The notes: generated from the letters alone by a model not told the origin. A stretch of DNA of 64,000 bases from Macrostomum lignano (GCA_002269645.1 NIVC01001892.1:160570-224569), one strand, 5' to 3'; shown: positions 1 through 13,664, counted from the first letter of the stretch. Program-made: numbers and translations.

Positions 1-334
1 AAACACAAAAACGCTGGCATTGTAAGCATTTGGTCGGCCCAGTTTAAGTGCGCGAAATACTGACGGATCAATGGAATTGCGGGCGGGCGGGCTGGGCGTG
101 CGCAGCATGAGCACAGAGTGTACTTTGTACTGTACATTCAGACTTGCTGACAGCAGACTTTCGAGTTTCACCTCTGTCATTTTATATGGAAGAACACGTA
201 TAATGCAGCTCGGGTATTAATATGTTCAACTATATTTCAGGAACTTTCTGCTTTGGGAAAACTTTCAGTTTGGGTTAGCCTTCCGGTTTGGGGATAAACT
301 TCTGGTTCGGAGAATTTTCTGGATCGAGAAACTT

Positions 335-565
335 CCGGTTTGGTGAAACTATCGGTTTGGGAACTTCCGGTTTGGGGAACTTCCGGTTTGGGGAAACTTC
401 CGGTTTGGGGAACTTCCGGTTTGGAGAACTTCCGGTTTGGGGAACTTCCGGTTTGGGGAAACTTCCGGTTTGGGAACTTCCGGTTTGGGGAACTTCCGGT
501 TTGGGGAAACTTCCGGTTTGGGAAAATTTCCGGTTTGGGGAGGGAAACTTCCGGTTTGGGGAAAC
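335..565. repeat. 16-17 bp minisatellite (GGGAACTTCCGGTTTG)
   Basis: Visible tandem units just 3' of the DIC stop codon. Confidence 0.9.
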
Positions 566-734
566 TTTCGATTTGGGGGAACCGATCTTTCGGTTTAAAA
601 GTTTTCGGGGAAGGTTTCGTGGAATTCCAGTTTGGAAGAAAACTTTGTTTGCTTTTGAGAAATTTCCATAACTTCTGGGTAATTCTTGTTGGGGAGGGAA
701 CTTCCGGTGAGGTGAGTCAGAGGGCACAGAGCTC

Positions 735-3700
735 TCAAGCCCGAGCCTGTCGGGCCTCGTGCAGAGCCCGCAACACCAGCTGAGCCTCGTCGGGCCGGGG
801 CGAGGCCAGCGCCTCGGACAGCTCGAGCAGCGCCACCCGGCCAAGGTGGTCGCCAGCCGTCAGCACGCAGCCGGTCCGGTTGAAGCAGCAGCGGTTCAGG
901 CCGGCCCCAGAGGCTCCCATCGGCTGGCAGCGGGCCAGCGGCTGCTCGGGGTCGGAGCCGAGGCTCCAGAGGTCCAGGCGGCCGGCGGCATCCGCGGTGC
1001 ACAGCAGGCCGGGGTGCGCCGGCGACCAGCGCGCGTCCATCACGTAGTCGGCGGCCGCTTCCAACGCCAGCGGCTGCTCAGCCGGCTCGCGCAGAGACCA
1101 GACCCGAGCAGTCCAGTCCATGGAGGAGGAGAGCACCACGTGGGACAGGTCCGGGCTCGGGTTGGCCGCCACCGAGGTGACTGGCGCCTGCGGACAGGGG
1201 CAGGAGGACAGTAGGTTAACGGCAGGTTAAGGGATCTACAGGGAGCTGGGTTGAGAAAGTGGGAGTGGAGTAAAGTGGAGCAAACTTGGATCACGAGGAT
1301 CGAACTGGGGTTGCGGGTTCAAACGGGCATCCAAGGGATCAAAATGGGACCTGGGATCAGGGGAATGAAAAATTGAATCAGCCGGATTAGTAGGAATATT
1401 AGAGATTAGTGGGATCAATTTGAAATCAGTGGGATCAATCTGGGATCAGTGGGACCAAACTGAGTTAATTAGGATCAATCTGGGATCAGTGGGACCAAAC
1501 TGAGTTAATTAGGATCAATCTGGGATCAGTGGGACCAAACTGAGTTAATTAGGATCAATCTGGGATCAGTGGGACTAAACTGAGTTAATTAGGGTCAATC
1601 TGGGATCAGTGGGACTAAACTGAGTTAATCAGGGTCAATCTGGAATCAGTGGGGCCAAACTGATTCCATACGAATAACAGGGTCAATCTGGGATCAGTGG
1701 GACTAAACTGAGTTAATTAGGGTCAATCTGGGATCACTGGGACTAAACTGAGTTAATTAGGGTCAATCTGGGATCAGTCAGCCAAAACTAAGATCAGTAT
1801 CCAGTTACCTGGTGGCTGGCGGCCAGTGAGGTCATGACCCCGGCCCGGACGCCGTGCCGGCAGCCGACGCACAGCATGGCGTCCTCGGTGCCGGCCACAA
1901 AGCGGTTGCCGTCCAGCATGTCCAGACAGGTGGCCGCCAGGCTCCGGATGGAGTGCCCGGCAGCCGACAGCATGAGATCGCAGGTCTCAACAGGCTGAGT
2001 AAGCGACTCCAGCGACCAGGTGCACAGGCGGGCGTCGCTGGACAGGGTGGCCAAGAAGTTGGCGCGCTCGGTGCCCAGAACGCGAGTGAAAACGCACGGC
2101 TCCGTGTGGCCCTGGGCGCCAAGGGTGCTGCGCTGGACAGGCGTGCGTCTGCAGGCAGATAATTTATCATGTTTAGGTGCGCATAAACTACTTGACAACT
2201 CAGCGTCTGTTTGGAGCTTTTTTAGAAAGCAAAAAAATGCACTTCACTATAGATTTCAAATTTTCAGCTTCATTGCAGTGCAGCGAAACCTGCAACCTCA
2301 AGGAATTCGTTAATTAGAAGACTCTCACGGGGCACAGTGGCGGTTCGTAGGTGCGCAAATTAAGCGAGGCTTCAGGCAGAACTGAAGCCCAAAAACTGCA
2401 AAAATATGCAACAAGAAGCGAACAGCCAAGTCATAGCTTGTAAAATTAAAATGGACCATTTGATAGGAAGAGACAACTGTAGCGGAGGGAGAGGGGATGG
2501 AGGGTGAGGAAGAGGGGATGGAGGGTGAAGAAGAGGGATGGAGGGTGAGGAAGAGGGGATGGAGGGTGAAGAAGAGGGATGGAGGGTGAGGAAGAGGGGA
2601 TGGAGGGTGAGGAAGAGGGGATGGAGGGTGAGGAAGAGGGATGGAGGGTGAAGAAGAGGGGATGGAGGGTGAAGAAGAGGGGATGGAGGGTGAAGAAGAG
2701 GGGAAAATGGCCCAGAGAGCTAACCTATGAGTCCTGGTGTCCCAGAGCACCAGCTGCCCGGAGTAGGTGCCCCCAACGATGAGGCAGCGCTGGTAGGTGG
2801 CAAAGCAGGCCGACGTGACGGGTGACTGGCAGTGGAGCGCGAACTCAGGACTATCGCAGCGATAGCGGGCGTTCCACACGCAGACGACGCCATCGGAGTC
2901 TCCACCGGGATGCGACTGCTGCGACTCGGCGTAGGCGGCCAGGCAAAGCTCCTGGTAGTGCGGCGACCAGTCCAGGGCGGTGACGCAGCGGCCGCGGGAC
3001 CACCTGGCGCGGTGGTCGGTGGTTCGAGTTCATATTACAGTATTAGACTATACAGACATCTGTGAACGCTCGATCGAGATGATACTTCTCGATCTATAGA
3101 CACTCTCTTTACAATCTATAGACACTCTCCAGACAATCTATAGACACTCTCTTGACACTAGACGAGTTCCCACAACTCAAACGCAGCCTCCTCACTTGTC
3201 ATCGTGGAAGGTGCGGCACACGCGCACGCTGGAACCCCCGGCCACGGCGCCTTCATCATAGGCGTCGCTTCCGGCGTCGGCCTCGCCGTCGGTCTCAAAA
3301 TATTCGGTCTCGGTCTCGGCCAGGGCCCGCTCGACAACCCGGCTGGCCCGGGCGAAGAAGGCCTGGAAATTGTCGGACAGCAGAATCTGCTGCCGCTCGG
3401 ACTCGGACAGCTCCCGGCAGTGCCGCTGCTGGTCGGACAGAGCCACCGTCGAGGTAGTCGGCGTCGGAGCCGGAGTCGGCGGCGTCGCTGTAGCAACATC
3501 GCCGTCCGACGTGGCGACAGCGGTGGCAGCGGCTGCGAGGCCGTTGACGGAGCGCAGTTGGGCCAGCGCTGCGGTCGCAACGTCGGGGAAGTCGCCAACT
3601 GAGAGCTCCGACTCGGACACTGAGCGGTGAGCACGGAGGTATACGGAGCACAGATGAGATTTCCACTACGCGCTGAACTCTCAGCCGTTAGATTTCTAGA

Positions 3701-6700
3701 ACTCGCTGAACTCTCACCCTTAGATTTCTAGAACTCGCTGAACTCTCACCCTTAGATTTCTAGAACTCGCTGGACTCTCACCCTTAGATTTCTAGAACTC
3801 GCTGAACTCTCACCCTTAGATTTCTAGAGTAAAAATAACCCCTTAGATTTCTAGAGTAAAAATAACCCCTTAGATTTCTAGAGTAAAAATCACCCATTAG
3901 ATTTCTAGAGTAAAAATAACCCCTTAGATTTCTAGAGTAAAAATAACCCCCTAGATTTCTAGAGTAAAAATAACCCATTAGATTTCTAGAGTAAAAATAA
4001 CCCCTTTGATTTCTAGAGTAAAAATAACCCCTTAGATTTCTAGAGTAAAAATAACCCCTTAGATTTCTAGAGTAAAAATAACCCCTTAGATTTCTAGAGT
4101 AAAAATAACCCCTTAGATTTCTAGAGTAAAAATAACCCATTAGATTTCTAGAGTAAAAATAACCCCTTAGATTTCTAGAGTAAAAATAACCCCTTAGATT
4201 TCTAGAGTAAAAATAACCCATTAGATTTCTAGAGTAAAAATAACCCCTTAGATTTCTAGAGTAAAAATCACCCATTAGATTTCTAGAGTAAAAATAACCC
4301 CTTAGATTTCTAGAGTAAAAATAACCCCCTAGATTTCTAGAGTAAAAATAACCCATTAGATTTCTAGAGTAAAAATAACCCCTTTGATTTCTAGAGTAAA
4401 AATAACCCCTTAGATTTCTAGAGTAAAAATAACCCCTTAGATTTCTAGAGTAAAAATAACCCCTTAGATTTCTAGAGTAAAAATAACCCCTTAGATTTCT
4501 AGAGTAAAAATAACCCATTAGATTTCTAGAGTAAAAATAACCCCTTAGATTTCTAGAGTAAAAATAACCCCTTAGATTTCTAGAGTAAAAATAACCCATT
4601 AGATTTCTAGAGTAAAAATAACCCATTAGATTTCTAGAGTAAAAATAACCCCTTAGATTTCTAGAGTAAAACAACCCATTAGATTTCTAGAGTAAAAATA
4701 ACCCCCTAGATTTCTAGAGTAAAAATAACCCATTAGATTTCTAGAGTAAAAATAACCCCTTAGATTTCTAGAGTAAAAATAACCCATTAGATTTCTAGAG
4801 TAAAAATAACCCCTTAGATTTCTAGAGTAAAAATAACCCCTTAGATTTCTAGAGTAAAAATAACCCCTTCGATTTCTAGAGTAAAAATAACCCATTAGAT
4901 TTCTAGAGTAAAAATAACCCATTAGATTTCTAGAGTAAAAATAACCCCCTAGATTTCTAGAGTAAAAATAACCCCTTAGATTTCTAGAGTAAAAATAACC
5001 CATTAGATTTCTAGAGTAAAAATAACCCCTTAGATTTCTAGAGTAAAAATAACCCATTAGATTTCTAGAGTAAAAATAACCCCTTAGATTTCTAGAGTAA
5101 AAATAACCCATTAGATTTCTAGAGTAAAAATAACCCATTAGATTTCTAGAGTAAAAATAACCCCTTAGATTTCTAGAGTAAAAATAACCCATTAGATTTC
5201 TAGAGTAAAAATAACCCCCTAGATTTCTAGAGTAAAAATAACCCCTTAGATTTCTAGAGTAAAAATAACCCCCTAGATTTCTAGAGTAAAAATAACCCCT
5301 TAGATTTCTAGAGTAAAAATAACCCCTTAGATTTCTAGAGTAAAAATAACCCCTTAGATTTCTAGAGTAAAAATAACCCCCTAGATTTCTAGAGTAAAAA
5401 TAACCCCTTAGATTTCTAGAGTAAAAATAACCCATTAGATTTCTAGAGTAAAAATAACCCCTTAGATTTCTAGAGTAAAAATAACCCCCTAGATTTCTAG
5501 AGTAAAAATAACCCCTTAGATTTCTAGAGTAAAAATAACCCATTAGATTTCTAGAGTAAAAATAACCCATTAGATTTCTAGAGTAAAAATAACCCCTTAG
5601 ATTTCTAGAGTAAAAATAACCCATTAGATTTCTAGAGTAAAAATAACCCCTTAGATTTCTAGAGTAAAAATAACCCATTAGATTTCTAGAGTAAAAATAA
5701 CCCCTTAGATTTCTAGAGTAAAAATAACCCATTAGATTTCTAGAGTAAAAATAACCCCTTAGATTTCTAGAGTAAAAATAACCCCCTAGATTTCTGGAGT
5801 AAAAATAACCCCTTAGATTTCTAGAGTAAAAATAACCCCTTAGATTTCTAGAGTAAAAATAACCCATTAGCTTTCAATATACGAGTCAGAATTCCATTGC
5901 TTTGCAAATCACACGGAAATCCATAACCCATTGATAATTCTCAACAGCCAATGAGAAACACGGACTGACTGTGAATCATGGATTCCGAATAGCACTGCAC
6001 ATCATCGCTGATTCGCTGATTTTCATTGCCTAAGCCTTGCCCTCAGGCAACAGCGCCAATTCGAGTCTAAGGAATTATGATTTACTTTATCCAAAAAATC
6101 CTTAATAATGATTATTCTGATTGCAGTCTCTCCATCGCTACGGCCAATCTATGCAAACTGGGTGAGGAACGAAGGGTTGCTCGCTTCATGCCCTAGCTAG
6201 CCTGCCCAGATGCCGTAGCAATCAATAACTTGAGTGGATTGGAGGCAAAACTCAGCAGCAGTTGCGACTGTGGAGTCCAGTGTCTAGAAGAGCGCCCAGT
6301 TTGGCCACGAAGAGAAACACTTTGAGAAGACTTTAAAGGGGCCGAAAGTTTAACCGTAGCAGGTGCGAGAAACTGAGTGCCTAATGCGCAAAATGGGGAG
6401 TCAAAAGTACAGGGGTGTCAAATCGGGTGTCAGGGGTGTCAAATTGGGTGTTAGGTGGTGTCAAATCGGGTGTCAGGGGGTGTCAAATCGGGTGTTAGGT
6501 GGTGTCAAATCGGGTGTCAGGGGGTGTCAAATCGGGTGTTAGGTGGTGTCAAATCGGGTGTCAGGGGGTGTCAAATCGGGTGTTAGGTGGTGTCAAATCG
6601 GATGTCACGGGGTGTCAAATCGGGTGTCAGGAGTGCGAAATCGGGTGTCAGGGGTGTCAAATCGGGTGTCAGGAGTGCGAAATCGGGTGTCAGGGGTGTT

Positions 6701-7677
6701 AAATAGGGTGTCAGGAGTGCGAAATCGGGTGTCAGGGGTGTTAAATAGGGTGTCAGGGGTGCGAAATCGGGTCATGCGGCATCAAGAGCGGCGAAGAAAT
6801 GGCAGACACGAATTCCTGCTGGGCAAGCCTATAACCTTCACACCTACGCTTTCCTAATCAACAATGCCTATAAAGCAAAAAAGTACTTTGAAAAACTAAG
6901 CAGCAAGGCGCAGAGCAATAAAAGTACATACGCGCCATCTGGTGATTGAACTCGTCGTCCCATTCGAGCGTAGACAGAAACCTGGGCGAGTCAACTGAAA
7001 GGGCAAAGAGAAATCTATCTGTTGTTGTGTACAAATAGAATTGAATTTGCACTACTAAAACTCACCGTGCGACTCGGAAAGTCGACCTGAAATTAAAAAT
7101 AAAAAGTGCAAATTGTCAAATATTGTTTCAACTTGTATTTCCTAAAGGGGTCATTAATCATTCTGCGTATGCTAATTTTATCTCACTTGAAAAACATAGT
7201 TTTATAGGAGTGAAATTGTAAATTATGCATTATGAATTATAAATTTTAAGTTCAGAGGCTCTCACTATCGCGATCCCGCTCGCAGACCTGCTGCAGAGTC
7301 TGCGTCTCCTTGCAGTAGTGCGCTGGCTGGCAGACGCTGGTCTGGGTGAGCCGGGACACGCTCAGGTGCTTCAGCGGCTTTGCCTGCGCCTGCGGAGCGT
7401 CGGGTGGCGGCGGCGACAACTTTGATGATGACGGTGGCGAAGTGTCCGACAACTTTGGGTCGACAGGCGCCGACGGTGTCGGGTCGATGCCCAGCTCGCG
7501 CAGAATGTCTTCGGCAGTTTCGGTGGTGGCAACAGAAGTTGCTGCTGCAGACTGCTGTGGGTTGTGGTGGCCCGAGGTGGCCCCAGCAGTTGCGGCGGCC
7601 GCAGCCTCGGCCTTCTGCTGGCGCAGGAGGGCCAGACGTGCCTTCCGCTTCTCCAGCTCGCCCTTGAGGTCGGACAT
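735..7677 (-). CDS. DYNC1I: Cytoplasmic dynein 1 intermediate chain (WD40), 6 exons, 656 aa
   Basis: Exons complement(7266-7677, 6932-6994, 3196-3619, 2725-3003, 1809-2148, 735-1187). All junctions are GT/AG with matching phases; total 1971 nt. N-terminal MSDLKGELEKRKARLALLRQQK, LC8-site YCKETQT, LC7-site LSESERQQILLSDNFQAFFARASRVVERAL, WD40 motifs VTALDWSPH, GGTYSGQLVLWD, SSSMDWTARVW, DARWSPAHP match the DIC family. Confidence 0.93.
1432..1790. repeat. 40-bp intronic minisatellite (GGATCAATCTGGGATCAGTGGGACCAAACTGAGTTAATTA)
   Basis: About 9 units in the last DIC intron. Confidence 0.92.
2484..2704. repeat. 20-21 bp purine-rich intronic repeat (GGAGGGTGAGGAAGAGGGGAT)
   Basis: Tandem units in a DIC intron. 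Confidence 0.9.
3673..5870. repeat. 27-bp minisatellite (AAAAATAACCCCTTAGATTTCTAGAGT), about 76 copies, preceded by 32-bp variant units
   Basis: Fills most of DIC intron 2; gives rise to the spurious GYFYSRNLR ORFs. Confidence 0.97.
6410..6775. repeat. 21-23 bp repeat (GGGGTGTCAAATCGGGTGTCA)
   Basis: Tandem units in DIC intron 2. Confidence 0.9.
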
Positions 7678-10573
7678 TGGCGGCGGGTTATTGGGTGTAA
7701 AGTGCGATGCTTGCTAAGCTGTGCGCGATTCAGGGGGTGGGACCTCCCACAGCTGCTCTGCCAACTGCCCTCAAGGATAGCAGTAGTTCATAGGAGCTGT
7801 AAGGAAGCATTGACAAAATATTGCATGAAAGTATGCAAAGCCAAGAGGAACATATCAGACATTATAATATTCAACCCACCATTAGTTTGTCTTAAAAGGG
7901 TTCTAAATGAGTTATCAAAAAAATCATAATGTGACTTGAAGCTAATTTAAATTAAGTAATTATTTCTATAACCTAAAAATCTGCTAAAATATTCACAACA
8001 TACTTGTAGTATTGAATAGTTATTAAATAAAAATCTAATCTCTTTCTGAAATTTGGTAGAAAATGCCATATATAATTTTTATAAAATGTGTCTTTGTTAT
8101 GTTTACAGCTCTATTAAAATGTAAAATAGTTTATTTCATAACACAGTACAATTTTGACACCTAGTTAAATTTTGGAAATGAGCTAAATTAAGTTTAACTA
8201 AATTTACCTAAATTTAATCTAAATGTTAAATTTATTCATAACAATTTTTTTATAAATAATGAATAAGTTTAGTCGTGTCATACAGTTACTAATATATTAC
8301 TAACAAACATACATAGATCCTTTCAATTTTTAAGTAGAAATCTTATAGACAAACTTGACCTTTGCAAATTTAAATTATATATACCATAGTTATATTTATT
8401 ACTTTTGTTGTTAATTCATAAAACTTATAATCTGACCTTTATGAATATCTGCCAATAGCAGTATATAATAGATCAGGGGTCTAATACAACATTTTATCAG
8501 TTTAAAATTGAAGATTTAATTTAAATACTCATTTTTCCTTTAGTAAATTTAGCCCTGTTTTATAGACAGCAATATCAAAAAGTTCAATTTTAACCTCAAG
8601 GGTCATGTTCAATGTTTACAAAGCAGTTTTATTTTTTAAAAGCAAATTAAGATAGGACTACAGTTCAGACAAAATACAACTTTATAATTATAATTATAAA
8701 AAATAGGTACATTTAGGTACATTTAATTTAAGGTTTATAACTGTTTACTATAAGTATACTATGCATTATTTTTTGTAAAATTTATGCTGTAAACAGCTCG
8801 TTTTAATTTATTATTTCTTTTAAATTTGAAATAAAAAGTTATGTTTTTTTAAGCCAAGTCCTGGTAAATTCTATTTGAAGACTAACTTAGGAGTTAAGAT
8901 TCCAAAGTCAAACAAGCAAAATTGCAAAATTGCTTTTTATATAAACTATAATAAAATGTAGGCTGTTGTTAATATAACTAATATATTCTTTAAATGAACG
9001 CACGAAACTCTGTACTAACCATACACACTATAAGTAAAAGTATTAAGCTATGACTCATTCGCTACTGGATGGACTAACTCATCACTTCTTACTCGATGAA
9101 ATGGCAGCTATTTGACACTGGGCAGTACTATTTAATGGCGTGCATGCTAAGGCCAAGGGTATATTATAAAGCTATAATAGCAAAATAGGATACACATGAT
9201 TCATTATTCAGTATTCAGGCACCAATCAGGCTATGTACAAATACAATTAACATGTAAACAAACAGTAAAGCCACGATAATAATAAAAATCACGATATTTC
9301 ACATTTCGGAAATATTGAAGTAATAAAACAAATAGTTGCTGCGGCAATCAATTTATAAAGTCTGATGTACTAATTACTTTTCATACAACTTTACAATAGT
9401 AATATTTAATCTTTTTTTTTAATTTAAAGTAAAGTGGACTTATAATATGCATAAATGTATTTTTATTAAACACAGTTTCGACCACGTCCACGCAGATCGA
9501 AATTTATATATTAATATTATTGTGGTTGTTTATTACAGAGAATGCAAAAATCCGACAAGCTAGCTTGTTTTTTAATAAATATTATAATATACTCTACACA
9601 TACATGTACGTGGTGCTTGGGCGAAATAAATGACCACTATAGAAGTTACCATTTAATTTATCTTATTAGGACACCAAGAATTTACGTCCTGATCACATCA
9701 TTACACTTAGCTTCGCACCCAACAAAAATCTGAAGAGGGAAACAAATATTTGTTTGCATTCAGGTGCACTTATTAACTAGTCAGCATTACGTGAAGTCTA
9801 TAGTGTCTGTACGTGCTCAATTTAAAACTAAACAGCCTATTCTGTTCATGGATAAAAGTTTGCGCGGTAAAATTGTAATGCATGTACATGTAAATTTAGG
9901 TGTTGCGTATTTTTACTGCATACATTACTGCAGTAGTGCTTCAGTGATTAATTTGACGTGGCTGCAAGAACCACAGTAGAAGCTACCGTGTAATTTGGTT
10001 TTGGGCTGCTGTTTAGTTAAGAAATTTATAGATATTACTAATACACTTAGTAGCATCAAGGAAAAGAAACAGTAAGCAATAATAGTTTTAAAGTATATTA
10101 TATTAGATTTGTTACACGAAAGTGACGTTCTGATAACAGTGGTTGAGTTAGGATAATGAAGATAAAAAAAATCTTTAGCAGCTGCGATATCCAACCGTGA
10201 TCGGTCCGATAATTTTTTAATTATAGTTTACACGGACAATATTAAAATAATAATTAACTACTTACAGTGAAACAAAAATTAAGCCTGAAGCTGACAGGAA
10301 GAAATACTTGATCGAGAGCACAATGGTTGCAGTGCAATCTGCACTTAAAGAACTTCTGGGCAAAAAATACTCAAAAAATCTGAAAATGAAACGAGTCTAC
10401 ATTTATAAGGTAAAAATGAAATCGAAGCCTAAGAAGCTGCGTGAAGCACATTGGCAAAAGCAAAAAATATCCCTGCACCGATGCAAATTAACAGAAAAAA
10501 ATATGAGAAGGATTAGCAATGTTTGCTGGTATTGTAAGATTCTGCGTTCAGAGTTATGGTGGCTAAGGAAATG

Positions 10574-10915
10574 GAGAGATCAGAGGGGAGATATAGGAAG
10601 GGGAGATCAGAAGGGGGAGATCCGAAGGGGAGATGAGAAGGGGGATCTGAGGGGAGATAAGAAGGGGTAGATTGGAAGGGGAGATCGGAAGGGGAAGATC
10701 GGAGGGGAGATGGGAAAGGGAGATCGGAGGGGAGATGGGAAAGGGAGATCGGAGGGGGGATGGGGGGTCGGAGGGGAGATGGGAAAGGGAGATCGGAGGG
10801 GAGATGGGAAGGGAAGGTGGAAAGGGGGAGATCGGAAGGGGGAGATCGGAAGGGAGAGATCGGAGGGAGATGGCAAGAGGAGATGGGAAGGGGAGATGGG
10901 ATTGGGAGATCTCGG
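10574..10915. repeat. Degenerate purine-rich repeat (GGAAGGGGAGATC)
   Basis: Lies 3' of the CDR2-like stop codon. Confidence 0.85.
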
Positions 10916-10996
10916 AAAGGGACAGCAAGCAAAGCAGCCGGTCCACCAGGAGCCACAGGAAGGACAGTCAGCACTATCAATTCAGCAGCCGCAGTC

Positions 10997-13664
10997 TCAT
11001 TCCTCGTCCAGCCGCTCATCCAGCAGCAGCCGCAGGCGGGCCCGCGCCTCGGCAAAGATGGACCGGTAGGCTGGCTCGTGTTGCCCGCTGGCCAGCCGCC
11101 GGCGCTCCCTCCGGCCTACATCAGCGTCGGTGTCGGTGTCGGACTCCGACAGCTCGGCGCCCTGCCGCTGTAGGCGACTCGTTGGCGGTGGCGCCGATGG
11201 TGCCGCCTCCCTGAGGCGTCGATTGCCGCTGGCGCCGGCAGACGCGGCGCCGTTCTGAAGTTGAAGCGGCAAGATTAGAGATTACTTGCGAGTCTTCTGT
11301 GCTGATTGAACGTGTTAACTTAATGATGGGATTCTCAGTAAAAGCGAAATGGAAATCAAGGGGAGGTCAGAAGATCGGAAGGAGAGGTCAGAAGATCGGA
11401 AGGGGAGGTCAGAAGATCGGAAGGAGAGGTCAGAAGATCGGAAGGGGAGGTCAGAAGATCGGAAGGGGAGGTCAGAAGATCGGAAGGGGAGGTCAGAAGA
11501 TCGGAAGGAGAGGTCAGAAGATCGGAAGAGAGGTCAGAAGATCGGAAGGGGAGGTCAGAAGATCGGAAGGGGAGGTCAGAAGATCGGAAGGGGAGGTCAG
11601 AAGATCGGAAGGGGAGGTCAGAAGATCGGAAGGGGAGGTCAGAAGATCGGAAGGAGAGGTCAGAAGATCGGAAGGGGAGGTCAGAAGATCGGAAGGGGAG
11701 GTCAGAAGATCGGAAGGAGAGGTCAGAAGATCGGAAGGGAGGTCAGAAGATCGGAAGGGGAGGTCAAAAGAAGATCGGAAGGGGAGGTCAGAAGACCGAA
11801 AGGGGAGGTCAGAAGATCAGAAGGGGAGGTCAGAAGATCGGAAGGAGGTCAGAAGATCGGAGGGAGAGGTCAGAAGATCGGAAGGGAGGTCAGAAGATCA
11901 GAAGGGAAGGTCAGAAGATTGAACGGGGAGGTCAGAAGATCAGAAGGGAAGGTCAGAAGATCGAACGGGGAGGTCAGAAGATGATCGGGAAAGGTTTTCA
12001 AGATGCAGCACCGATGAGGCGCCGCTCTGACCTCTCCGCGTGATTTCCGTTGCTCCTGATGCAGCGAAGCGGCGGGAATCTCAGGAGCCGCTGTTTCCGA
12101 AACAGCAACAGCAGCCGTCCGTCCCGGCCAGCTGCCGCGTCGCCGCCCCGCGGTCACCGGCCCAGAGCTGCGGTCTGGGACTGCAGCAGCCACTGCCGCC
12201 TTGTTGGCCTCGGCCAGCCGCCGGCGCAGGTCCTCAGCTCGAGTTTCGGCGGCGGCCTCCCCGGCGGCCAGGGCCTCGACGCGCGCGGTCAGGCGGCGAC
12301 GCTCCAGGCGCAGCAGGTCATTGCCGCGTTCCAACTCGGCGCAGTGCCGCTCGACCTCTTCGCAAGCGCGCGACCGGCCTTCGTCGAGGCGGCGCGCCGC
12401 TGCCAGGCTGGCGGCCAGCTGGGCGGCCTCGCGGGATCGGTCGGCGGCAGCGGCGCGGGCGCGGCGGAGGCGCGACGTAAGACAGCGATTGCGCTCGAGT
12501 AGCGCCTTGCCTATTTCGGGATTAGGAAAGGGGATTAGGAACAAGGGATTAGGAAAGGGGATTAGGAAAGGGGATTAGGAACAAGGGATTAGGCGATTAG
12601 GAACACGGGATTAGGAAAGGGGATTAGGAAAGGGGATTAGGAACAAGGGATTAGGCGATTAGGAACACGGGATTAGGAACAGGGGATTAGGCGATTAGGA
12701 ACAGGGGATTAGGAACAGGGGATTAGGAACAGGGGATTAGGAACAGGGATTTGGAACAGTGGATTAGGAACAGGGGTTAGGAACAGGGGATTAGGAACAG
12801 GGATTAGGAACAGGGGATTCGGAACAGGGGATTAGGAACAGGGGATTAGGAACAGGGGATTAGGAACAGGGGATTAGGAACAGGGATTAGGAACAGGGGA
12901 TTAGGAACAGGGGATTAGGAACAGGGGATTAGGAACAGGGGATTAGGAACAGGGGATTAGAAACAGGGGATTAGGAACAGGGGATTAGGAACAGGGGATT
13001 AGGAACAGGGGATTAGGAACAGGGGATTAGGAACAAGGGGATTAGGAACAAGTGATTGGAAGCATGGCACTTGGAACAGGTGATTAGAAACATGTATTAG
13101 GAACACGGGGTTAGGAACAGGGGATCAGGAACAGGTATTAGGAACATGGATTGGTAACCGGTGGATTCAGTGCAAGGAATTAGCTGCTCATCTACGAGTA
13201 AATATACTAAATCTCTAAGGTTTGTATGCTTGTCCATATACTAAAAATTGTTTGTCTGTGTGTCTATGTGATCGATTAAAGAAAAATAAATGAACTAAAA
13301 TTAGTACAATTAGTACAAACACATTATCGTATTGACTATTGCACATGTAAATACCCAATTCGGCAGCCACAATGAGGTCATCCTGGTGCCACACGACGCG
13401 GTCAGCCAACGATGAGCACAAATCCTCGTCATCATCTTCCCCATCTTCATTATCTTCATCATCATCGTTCTCGTAGCCGTTGCCGTCGCCGTACACGCCG
13501 CTGCTGTGATGGTCATTGTTGGCAGCGCTGATTGCAAAATGGTGCGCACCGTCATCCAGCTCGGGCGCCATATCGGTGGATTCGCAGCAGCCAGAGTCGT
13601 CAAAGGCCGCAGGGCCAAACTGCAGTGGACAATTCTGCTGTTGCTGCTGTTTAGCCATGGCCAT
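10997..13664 (-). CDS. CDR2: CDR2/CDR2L-like coiled-coil dynein activating adaptor (CC1 box), 3 exons, about 348 aa
   Basis: Exons complement(13355-13664, 12032-12510, 10997-11254), phases 1/0 match, 1047 nt. Splicing assembles DDLIVAAELG|KALLERN (CC1-box; CDR2 QDLQLAAELGKTLLDRN), then a coiled coil, then C-terminal EPAYRSIFAEA resembling the CDR2 PEYKALFKEI helix. The start could be ATG 13664 or 13658. Confidence 0.75.
11361..11985. repeat. 21-bp intronic repeat (GAAGGGGAGGTCAGAAGATCG)
   Basis: About 29 units in CDR2-like intron 2. Confidence 0.93.
12518..13150. repeat. 14-bp intronic repeat (GGATTAGGAACAGG)
   Basis: Fills most of CDR2-like intron 1. Confidence 0.93.

Noticed and set aside
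3784-5867. Long ORFs of GYFYSRNLR repeats (296 and 404 aa)
   Set aside because: Stop-free translation of a 27-bp intronic minisatellite inside the DIC gene.
8000-10500. AT-rich block with short ORFs (e.g. 10308-10670) as a hidden gene or transposase
   Set aside because: No motif or coherent exon chain could be supported.
12518-13150. TTAGG-containing repeat as interstitial telomere
   Set aside because: The unit is 14 bp (GGATTAGGAACAGG), not tandem TTAGG/TTAGGG, and it lies within an intron.
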